Source of the DNA: a bacterium
GTDB lineage: Bacteria > UBA8248
Direction: 5' to 3'
NCBI GenBank assembly: GCA_965207065.1
Contig: OZ242260.1
Span: 2,976,001 to 3,040,000, forward strand
DNA length: 64,000 nucleotides
Each line of letters starts with the position of its first letter. The first letter of the stretch is position 1. Shown one piece after another: positions 47,984 through 56,034 of this stretch. The position numbers and the translations under genes were made by a program. The notes below the pieces were generated by a model. The model had not been told where the DNA came from and did not search any database. It worked only from the letters and a program-made list of their open reading frames with translations.

Positions 47984-48256
47984 CTAGCCTCTTGTGCTCT
48001 TGATGTTATGGACGTGAACGTGACAGCCTGCGGGTATTTCTTGTGTGGCGGTGCCGATGACCTCGCCGTATTTGAGCACTTTTGCGTTCGAGCGGATCTT
48101 GCGCAGCGCAATTTTGTGTCCAAATGGAATGGATTCAGTTGCGGATAGCGTGATTGTCTCATCCCCGCCTTCGATTTCCACGCTATGCCCTGAGGAGACG
48201 TCCTCGAGAACAGTGGCCACGTTGTCTTTCGGGTGCATCACCAGCGCTCGGCTCAT
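47984..48256 (-). CDS. SAF-domain small subunit of the UxaA/SuyA family
   Basis: HPKDNVAT, IPFGHKIAL, KYGEVIG and HVHVHNIKS motifs. Confidence 0.88.
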   Translation of the reverse strand: MSRALVMHPKDNVATVLEDVSSGHSVEIEGGDETITLSATESIPFGHKIALRKIRSNAKVLKYGEVIGTATQEIPAGCHVHVHNIKSTRG

Positions 48257-48277
48257 CGGCTGTTCTCCATGGCGGGT

Positions 48278-48619
48278 CTAGTCGTCGCTTCCGACATTAC
48301 CGGGGAGCCTCAACCGCAGCCGCTCGACGGGGCGGCCGTTTTTCAAGTGTTCCTCGATGACTTCGGGAACGTCCTCCACCTTTACGCCCGTGTACCAGAC
48401 GCCCTCGGGGTAGACGACCAGGGTGGGGCCCATCGTGCACGGACCCAGACAAGTGGCGCCTGCCATGGCCGTATCCGAGGCGAGTTCGTCATCCGAGCCA
48501 ATCGCCTCCGTGATCGCTTGCGCGACCTCGATGCTGCCCTTGCTCTGGCAACAGCCCATCGGGTGAGTCGGCGGGCGTTGATTGATGCAGACGAAAACGT
48601 GTCTTTTGATGTGTTCCAC
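48278..48619 (-). CDS. Thioredoxin-like [2Fe-2S] ferredoxin
   Basis: HVFVCINQR...GCC, CLGPC and VYPEGVWY motifs; GTG start. Confidence 0.9.
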   Translation of the reverse strand: MEHIKRHVFVCINQRPPTHPMGCCQSKGSIEVAQAITEAIGSDDELASDTAMAGATCLGPCTMGPTLVVYPEGVWYTGVKVEDVPEVIEEHLKNGRPVERLRLRLPGNVGSDD

Positions 48620-48820
48620 GATTATCCTCTTTTCGAATTATGGGTAGTCACTTTTGGAATTGTTCAGAGCGAGGCTTCGAAATCTTCCAACATCATCCCT
48701 GAATGACTTTGCCAGGAGAGGATGATACGCTCCGCTCACTAGAAGTCAAGGGATTCGCCGCTTTCGGATTGAGGGCAAGTCGAGTTGGTCGTCTTGGCCT
48801 GGAGTGAGCCTGTTTCGATA

Positions 48821-51568
48821 ATGTTCAAGGAATTTCCAAGCGACGTTAGCGAAGTTTTCTCCGAAGATAGAAAACCTCTCACCTACCGGATGAAGAGCGG
48901 CCCCACCTGTCTTTTCCTGCCGGACTCCACCGCTCCCGCCGTGAGTGTTCAGGCATGGCTTCGTGTCGGCAGTCTTACGGAAACGGACCCGAACGAGGGC
49001 ATCTCCCATTTCCTGGAGCACATGATATTCAAGGGTTCGGATAATCTCGAAGTAGGGGAGCTCGCCTCTCTGGCCGAGTCTTCCGGCGGAGACATTAACG
49101 CCTTTACGACGAGCGAAACCACCCATTACGACCTGATATCGATGCCGGATGAATTCGAAGGGTGTCTCGAAGCATTACTCGATGCCCTTTGGTGGCCGCG
49201 ATTCGAGGAGAGCGAAGTCCGCCAGGAACGACAGGTTATTCTCTCGGAATTCAATCGCACTTATGAGCAACCCGATCACTTGCTTCAGTATCACCTCTAC
49301 CGTGAGGCATACGGCCCCCGGCATCCTTACGGCCGCGCCATTTTGGGCACGCGGCAGACGCTCAAGAACATAGGCGCGGCAGAGTTGAAGAAATATCACA
49401 AGCGATTCTATGCGCCCTCATCCGCCGTGCTGGTGTTTGCCGGAGCATTTGACGTTATGCGGGTAAAATCCATTTTGAGAAGAAGGCAAAAGGGCTTTCT
49501 CGCCAAATGGCCAAGACCGCAGCGCAGGAAAATGCCGAAAGTTCCCCGACCGGCTCCCCTGAAAGCAGGTCCGCGCGTCGTTGTTCGGCGTGGCCGCTCG
49601 GGAACGGCGCACCTGGAACTCGCTTTCGAAATTCCTCCTGTGACGAACCGGGATGCTCCCGCGCTGGAAGTTCTTGGCATCGTTCTCGGAGCGGGCGAAA
49701 GCTCCCGCTTGTATGAACATCTTTGCATGGACACGTCGCTGATGTTTGATGTTTCTGCCGATGTCTATCTTTCCGGCGGGCCGGGGCTGTTTTTCCTGGG
49801 TGGATATACGGCTCCGGAAAACGCCGAGAAGGCCATAGAGCAAATTCTTCAGGTAGCGAAACAAATCATTGAGGACAGGCCGCTCACCCCGGATGAGTTG
49901 GATAAAGTGCGGATGAATTATCTGACGGGCCTGGAATTCAGGCGAGAGAGAATGACAGGCCGCGCTCATGTGGCGGGCTATTCCGAGTTGATCACTGGAG
50001 ATCCGAATTATTACGTGAAGTACATGAAAAAGGTGATGGCCCTGGATGCAAATGATGTCTCTGACGTGGCGAGGCGGTATCTGTCATCATCAAGATTAAC
50101 AGCGGGCGTATTCTTCCCCAAGGGAGAAGCGCCGCGAGTCGGGGTGCGAAGGATTCGAAATGCGATATGGAACGGATTCGAAAATCATCTTGAGCGAAAC
50201 CAGGATAACACGAATGGAAACCAGAGTGTAACGGAAAAATCTGCCGCGTCTAGTCGTACCCGCACCGTTTCACGAATGAGAAGCTCCCCCAAGTATGCGA
50301 GTCGCTCTAGTGACAAGAACAAGCCGATTGAGAAAAAGCTTCCGGGTGGCGGGCGGTTGGTCATGCTGCCAGATGGCGGCCCGCTGGTTTTCTCAATGCG
50401 AGCCGTATTCCTGGGAGGGCAAAGAAATGAATCCGCCCGCCAGGCCGGACTGCACGCCTTGATGACGTCCGCCGCTCCCATGGCGACGGAGAATTGTCCA
50501 TCTTTTATCCATACCAAAGAGGTCGAGGGTTTGGGCGCCAGTATCAATGGGTTTTCGGGGAGAAATACGTTTGGGCTAACGGCTTCCGGTCTCAGCGCGG
50601 TTTTACCCGAAGTGATGGAAAGATTCGTGGAAGTAATTTTTGCGCCCGCTTTTGATGAGGGTGATGTCGAATTCACTCGCGCGGAATTAAGTGCGGAGCG
50701 CGACAGCGAACTTGATGATTTGGGGCAATGGTGCCGGTTCAAGGGCTATCAGCTACTGTATGGCAAACACCCGTTGGGCCGTCATCCACTCGGGACTAAC
50801 AAGACGATGGCCGCATTCAACCGTAATGTTTTGAGGCGGGAATGGCGTAAAAGAGTAACGCCTGCGGAACTTGTCATCACGGCGGCCGGGAATTACGACA
50901 CTTCGTATCTGGAAGAACATCTCTCTAAAATGCTAAAGCCCTGGGCCGCGAGCGCTCCGCTTAAAACACCTGTTCTTCAGCCCGCTACGCCCAGAAGCCT
51001 CTCAAGAAAGCGCTTTCGCTCATATCAGATTGATGGGGCCTCGCAAAGCCATATTCATATGTCGTTTTTGGGAACGACTTTTCATGATCCAGCCAGACAT
51101 GCGCTTGCCGTTATAACAGCGGCCTTGGGGAGTCAGGGTGGAGGACTATTTCTGGAATTGAGAGAAAAGCGAGGCCTTGCCTACGATATAAGCATTTCCT
51201 CTTACGAGTCTCTGGACCCGGGGCCGATTTCGATTTATGCAGCCACGCCTGCGGGCAAGGAAAATTTCGTTATTGACCTCATATGGCAAGAAATTACCCG
51301 TGTAAGCACAGAGGGTCTTGGTGAAGAAGCGTTTCAGCGGGCGAAGGCTTATCTTGTCGGTGTGTTGTCTCGCAGCCATCAGCGGGCTTTTGCCCGAGCG
51401 GCCGACCTGGCGGGCCGATTCGTCCATGGATTGGGATGGGAGACGCTTGAAGAAACTAAGCGCCAGATTGAACGGGTGGAAATAAACACCGTCAGAGAAG
51501 CCGCACGTCATTTTATGAAGCCGAGCAAAGAATGCCTGGTGATCGTATCGGGCAATACTTTGAAATAG
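48821..51568 (+). CDS. M16 family (pitrilysin-like) zinc peptidase, fused two-module type
   Basis: GISHFLEHMIFKG (HxxEH), INAFT, HPYGRAILG and LFLELREKRGLAY motifs; start uncertain (48785/48821/48890). Confidence 0.9.
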   Translation: MFKEFPSDVSEVFSEDRKPLTYRMKSGPTCLFLPDSTAPAVSVQAWLRVGSLTETDPNEGISHFLEHMIFKGSDNLEVGELASLAESSGGDINAFTTSETTHYDLISMPDEFEGCLEALLDALWWPRFEESEVRQERQVILSEFNRTYEQPDHLLQYHLYREAYGPRHPYGRAILGTRQTLKNIGAAELKKYHKRFYAPSSAVLVFAGAFDVMRVKSILRRRQKGFLAKWPRPQRRKMPKVPRPAPLKAGPRVVVRRGRSGTAHLELAFEIPPVTNRDAPALEVLGIVLGAGESSRLYEHLCMDTSLMFDVSADVYLSGGPGLFFLGGYTAPENAEKAIEQILQVAKQIIEDRPLTPDELDKVRMNYLTGLEFRRERMTGRAHVAGYSELITGDPNYYVKYMKKVMALDANDVSDVARRYLSSSRLTAGVFFPKGEAPRVGVRRIRNAIWNGFENHLERNQDNTNGNQSVTEKSAASSRTRTVSRMRSSPKYASRSSDKNKPIEKKLPGGGRLVMLPDGGPLVFSMRAVFLGGQRNESARQAGLHALMTSAAPMATENCPSFIHTKEVEGLGASINGFSGRNTFGLTASGLSAVLPEVMERFVEVIFAPAFDEGDVEFTRAELSAERDSELDDLGQWCRFKGYQLLYGKHPLGRHPLGTNKTMAAFNRNVLRREWRKRVTPAELVITAAGNYDTSYLEEHLSKMLKPWAASAPLKTPVLQPATPRSLSRKRFRSYQIDGASQSHIHMSFLGTTFHDPARHALAVITAALGSQGGGLFLELREKRGLAYDISISSYESLDPGPISIYAATPAGKENFVIDLIWQEITRVSTEGLGEEAFQRAKAYLVGVLSRSHQRAFARAADLAGRFVHGLGWETLEETKRQIERVEINTVREAARHFMKPSKECLVIVSGNTLK

Positions 51569-51577
51569 ACTGACTTT

Positions 51578-52213
51578 CTAGCGATTGGTTTCTTGAATCT
51601 CGAGCAAATCTCCTTGTAGCTTTCTTAGCCGGCGGCGTAATTGAGCCATTTCCTCAATAATGTTTTCTTCTTTTTGATATGTGAGCAGCATTCGCTCCAG
51701 TTCCTTCAATTCAGCAGCCAGTCTGCGCCTTGCAGCGGGATTTTTCGAGCGAATCCGCACTTGTTCGATCTCTAGAATGCGTTGACGCAATTCTTCGAGA
51801 GTCATTGTCGTACGTGGTGGCAAAGGCATTTCTTTCGAGGTTGCATCTCGAGTAATTCCCCTGGTTGATTGCCGGACTTGGCCGGGCCTCAGGTTTTCCT
51901 CCATTTCTGCAGGAGTTCTGGAAGGAAAGCGATCATTCTTGCGGGGCGTTTCGGCGGGGCGGGCAACAGGTTTTCTATTGTTTTTTTCGTTCTTGGCTCG
52001 TGTTTCTCCGGTGTCTTCTCGTCCGTATGCGTGGTCTCGCTGGTATTTTCCGATGGAGATCAAGGTATTCGTAACGGCTCGCTGGGTCTTTACGTATGCG
52101 GATCGAACGGTGGTTTTCGTCTTCTCCCACACATCTTGTGAAGAATAGTTGCTTCCAGCACAACCCCCAGCCAGGATACTCAGCAACATGGCGGGTAAAA
52201 GAAAAAATTTCAT
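51578..52213 (-). CDS. Hypothetical lipoprotein with C-terminal coiled coil
   Basis: MKFFLLPAMLLSILAGGC lipobox; heptad-like E/R/L-rich C-terminus. Confidence 0.65.
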   Translation of the reverse strand: MKFFLLPAMLLSILAGGCAGSNYSSQDVWEKTKTTVRSAYVKTQRAVTNTLISIGKYQRDHAYGREDTGETRAKNEKNNRKPVARPAETPRKNDRFPSRTPAEMEENLRPGQVRQSTRGITRDATSKEMPLPPRTTMTLEELRQRILEIEQVRIRSKNPAARRRLAAELKELERMLLTYQKEENIIEEMAQLRRRLRKLQGDLLEIQETNR

Positions 52214-52226
52214 TTCAGAATAGAAA

Positions 52227-53942
52227 TTAGTTTGCGATCTGTTCGTATTCTTGCGTCTCATCCTGCTTGTCCATGCTCGATAGGCGGGAGGCTGCCTCGT
52301 CCACCAGTGGCACAAGGCTTTCGGGGGCTATGCCGCTCACGGCGATGCCGTCGAACCGGCGGCACAAGTTGGCCAGACGGATGTCATCCGTCTGGTCCAT
52401 TTTGTTGAATACCCGAATGAGAGGCGTGTCTTTTAGGCCAATTTCATCAAGGATTTTCTCCACGGCATGAAGGTTGTCCTCACAATGCGGAGAAGAGGCG
52501 TCGATCACATGAAGGAGAAGGTCCGCCTCACTCAGTTCCTCCAATGTCGAGCGGAATGCCCCTATCAACTCCTGGGGGAGGTCGTGAATAAAACCGACGG
52601 TATCCGTGATGATGACTTCCTGATCGCGCGGGAGCCTGAGTCTACGGCTCGATGTGTCCAAGGTGGCGAATAGGCGATTCTCGGCAATTACCTCGCTATT
52701 CGTTAAGGCGTTCAGCAGTGTCGATTTACCCGCATTGGTATAACCCACCAGAGAGAGAACCGGTACTTCACGACGCTGGCGGAGTTGCCTGCCTTGAGAG
52801 CGTTTTTTCTGCAAGTTTTCGAGTTCTTTCTCCACCCTTCGAATTCGTTCGAACGCGCGGCGGCGGTGAATCTCCAGCTTCGTTTCGCCCGGTCCCCTGC
52901 CGCCAATGCCACCGGTGAGTCTACTCAAGGCTGTGTGTTGAGAGGAGATGCGGGGCAGGGTATATCGCAATAAAGCCAGTTCCACCTGAAGTTTTCCCAC
53001 GCGGCTCTTCGCTCTTTGGGCGAAAATATCGAGAATGATTTGCGTCCGGTCGAGGATTTTCAAATCGGTGAATTCTGATAAGTTTTTAATTTGCGAGGGG
53101 GTCAACTCATTGGAGAAGAACAGCACCTCGGCCCCCACCTGCATCGAGTTCATGAGGACCTCCGCAAGCCGACCCTTACCGATGACGAAGCGAGGGTCCG
53201 GTTTTTTCCGGCGCTGGAGGATTTGTCCGCATGGGATGAAACCGGCCTCACGTGTGAGCAGGGACAATTCCTCGAACTCGGTCTCGGGAGAGCGGTTCGA
53301 TTTCTGCCCCGTATCGAGATGCACAAGCAAGGCGCGCTCTCCATCTTCGAGATCAATTGATGATTTTTGCAGTCGTGCGAATTCATTCTCGAGAGAGTTA
53401 ATGAGGGCCTCGATGTCGACCCGGGTCGATTCGAGGTTAGGGAACGACTGAATTTCCCAGGGAGCGCGATTTCCCGCGAAGGTCGAGTGGCCGTTGGCTT
53501 GCCCACTATCATCGGGAGGCCGGGTTGTAAGGTGGGCGAAATGGAAGCGGCCCGCATTCCCGTCTTCCACGACTTCTATAACTCCCATAGCGTCGAGTCG
53601 CAGGAGAGCCATGTCCGTCAGATCTTCCTGAGATAGCGGTGAGGCGTTCAAGTGGGTGTGTACGCACCGAAGTCCTCTGAGTCTGGCCATCCCGGCGCGT
53701 GCGCGGCCCAGTTCCGGTATTTCGATTCCACGCGCATCGCCGATAATCACGTAGCGCACTACACCGAGTCGATCGATGAGCAACCCAATCTGACGCGATA
53801 TTTCATAAGATAGATATGTTAATTCGCGGCCGAGTTCTAAATGAATGAATTGATCGGGTGGAATTTTGCGGCGGTATAGCCTTTCCAAAATTTTCATTTG
53901 CTTAGGCTTCAGCCCGGTGAGGCGACCATGAAGTCTAGCGAT
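52227..53942 (-). CDS. hflX: GTPase HflX (long form), probable ATC start at 53942
   Basis: LRGLRCVHTH, ILDIFAQRA, GPGETKLE, GYTNAGKST, LFATLD, DTVGF and NKMD motifs; the frame stays open 15 codons upstream of ATG 53897. Confidence 0.92.
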   Translation of the reverse strand: MARLHGRLTGLKPKQMKILERLYRRKIPPDQFIHLELGRELTYLSYEISRQIGLLIDRLGVVRYVIIGDARGIEIPELGRARAGMARLRGLRCVHTHLNASPLSQEDLTDMALLRLDAMGVIEVVEDGNAGRFHFAHLTTRPPDDSGQANGHSTFAGNRAPWEIQSFPNLESTRVDIEALINSLENEFARLQKSSIDLEDGERALLVHLDTGQKSNRSPETEFEELSLLTREAGFIPCGQILQRRKKPDPRFVIGKGRLAEVLMNSMQVGAEVLFFSNELTPSQIKNLSEFTDLKILDRTQIILDIFAQRAKSRVGKLQVELALLRYTLPRISSQHTALSRLTGGIGGRGPGETKLEIHRRRAFERIRRVEKELENLQKKRSQGRQLRQRREVPVLSLVGYTNAGKSTLLNALTNSEVIAENRLFATLDTSSRRLRLPRDQEVIITDTVGFIHDLPQELIGAFRSTLEELSEADLLLHVIDASSPHCEDNLHAVEKILDEIGLKDTPLIRVFNKMDQTDDIRLANLCRRFDGIAVSGIAPESLVPLVDEAASRLSSMDKQDETQEYEQIAN

Positions 53943-54143
53943 GGCAGGTTACTCCCCAAATCAAACGGGCAGAAAATTACGAAGCTGCGCCAGAGATTAT
54001 CTCCATTGCGTAAACAACAATCTATCAACAAGATATGCTAAGTTTGCCCGTAACACAATATGATTGACACTCCCAATGGTGTTCAATAGACTCTACGCCC
54101 TTTAGACACCGTGTTTGCTTGCTTGAAAATTTGGGGATCAGCC

Positions 54144-55511
54144 ATGGTGAACGAGCGTGATCCGAGACTTCTTCGCGTAGAGGACATGGTGCGTCGGCTT
54201 TTAAGGCATAAGGCCGATGCCAATCTCTCCAATGCGCTGGAAAAAATGCACGCGGCTGAAGTGGCGCAGATTTTTCAGCATTTTCTGCCCGAAGAACGCC
54301 AAGAAGCGTTTTCCCTCGTCCGAAACCGGGAACACCGCGCCTCCATTCTGACGGAATCGGATTCCCACATCGTACGGGAACTCCTCGAGCCGGTACCGAA
54401 CGATGACGTCGTCCCACTGATCAAGGAATTGGACAGCGACGACGCGAGATATATTCTGGAGACCTTGCCCGAGGAGCGTTCCCAGGAAATAGTTGCGCTC
54501 TTAGATGCGCCGGAAACGGAAGCCATACAGGACATGATGGCGTATTTGCCGGAAACCGCAGGCGCCATCATGACGGATTCATATGTGGCTCTTCCAGAGG
54601 AACTCACGGTTGATGAAGCCATCGCCCGGGTGCGAAAAGCCAGTGAAGTTGACTACATTTTCTATGTGTACGTCATAGACTCCAATGGTTGCCTGAGAGG
54701 GGTGATTACCCTACGGCAACTTTTGCTGGCGGATCCTTCCAAACCCTTGTCTGAAATCATGATCACCAATGTCTGGAGCGAAAACGTACATGCCGACCAG
54801 GAGCACGTCGCACGCGTCGTCTCGCGCTACAACATTTTGGCCATTCCCGTTGTGGATGACGACAACGTCCTGGTCGGGATCATCACGGTGGATGACGTGC
54901 TCGACGTCATCAGGGAGGAAGCGACCGAGGACATCTTGAAGATGGCGGGGACGCACTCCTATCAGGACGAGGTGACGTCGCTTTCCGCAAGGCGCCTTGC
55001 GTGGATTCGTTTGCCCTGGCTCTTTTTCAGTTGGCTGGGCGGCATACTCGCTGCTCAGTTAATCCATCAGTACTCAGACCAATTGAGTAAAATAGTGGCT
55101 CTCGCCGCATTCATGCCGGTGATCATCGGAATGGCGGGTAACGTGGGCACCCAAAGCGCCACAATCGTTGTCCGAGGTATAGCGACAGGGCGAATCGATC
55201 CCAAATCATGGCTTCGCGTTATCTCGAAAGAGGTGACCGTCGGGTCGCTTCTGGGCGTTTGTTATGGCCTGTTATTGGGATTGTTGGCGACGTATCAGTT
55301 CTCCTCAGTCGCGTGGCTGGGTTTTGTCGTGGGGCTTGCGATTTGTGTGGTGATGATGTTTTCTGCGCTTCTCGCATCGGTTCTGCCGCTCGTGCTCCAT
55401 CGGTTTCGCGTTGACCCCGCCGTGGCGACGGGGCCTTTTGTGACGACCGGAGTCGATGTCCTGGGGCTTTTGATTTACTTTAACATCGCTCGTTGGTTTC
55501 TTTTTTCATAA
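54144..55511 (+). CDS. mgtE: Magnesium transporter MgtE
   Basis: ETAGAIMT, CBS pair (IPVVD...GIITVDD), RLPWL, AGNVGTQ and DPAVATGPFVTTGVD motifs. Confidence 0.95.
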   Translation: MVNERDPRLLRVEDMVRRLLRHKADANLSNALEKMHAAEVAQIFQHFLPEERQEAFSLVRNREHRASILTESDSHIVRELLEPVPNDDVVPLIKELDSDDARYILETLPEERSQEIVALLDAPETEAIQDMMAYLPETAGAIMTDSYVALPEELTVDEAIARVRKASEVDYIFYVYVIDSNGCLRGVITLRQLLLADPSKPLSEIMITNVWSENVHADQEHVARVVSRYNILAIPVVDDDNVLVGIITVDDVLDVIREEATEDILKMAGTHSYQDEVTSLSARRLAWIRLPWLFFSWLGGILAAQLIHQYSDQLSKIVALAAFMPVIIGMAGNVGTQSATIVVRGIATGRIDPKSWLRVISKEVTVGSLLGVCYGLLLGLLATYQFSSVAWLGFVVGLAICVVMMFSALLASVLPLVLHRFRVDPAVATGPFVTTGVDVLGLLIYFNIARWFLFS

Positions 55512-55532
55512 CCGCTCATAGGTTTATCCGGC

Positions 55533-55955
55533 TTGGCTCTGTCTATCGATTTCCGTGTAAGGTATGCCGAAACCGACCAGATGGGAGTGGTGCATCACTC
55601 GGTCTATTATGTATGGTTCGAGCAGCTTCGAACAGAGTATTTTCGTAAAATCGGATTCCCCTACGGGCAGCTCGAAGAACAGGGCGTTTTCTTTCCCGTG
55701 GTGGAGAGCCGTTGTCAGTACAAGGAAGGCGCGCGGTATGACGGCGAGGTGAAAGTCACCGGCTGGTTCAGGGAGCCCGAGGGTATACGCGTGCGGATCG
55801 ATTACCTGGTGGAGCAAGTAGGGCGCGTTCTGGTGAAAGGCTATACGCTTCATGCGAGAACCGATTCGGGCGGTAAACCGAGGCGCATTCCGCCAGATAT
55901 TCTCCAGAAGATAACGGAGGAGGCCGTACCCATCTCGGAGGGACCGCATCTTTAG
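55533..55955 (+). CDS. Acyl-CoA thioesterase (YbgC/4HBT family)
   Basis: RVRYAETDQMGVVHHSVYYVWFE and ARYD motifs; TTG start. Confidence 0.9.
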   Translation: MALSIDFRVRYAETDQMGVVHHSVYYVWFEQLRTEYFRKIGFPYGQLEEQGVFFPVVESRCQYKEGARYDGEVKVTGWFREPEGIRVRIDYLVEQVGRVLVKGYTLHARTDSGGKPRRIPPDILQKITEEAVPISEGPHL

Positions 55956-56034
55956 AGCAGCGCGAACATTTTGAAGCAGGCGGAACGCCTGCATTGGAAT
56001 TCAAGAAACATATACCGAAAAATTGAGGAATTTC

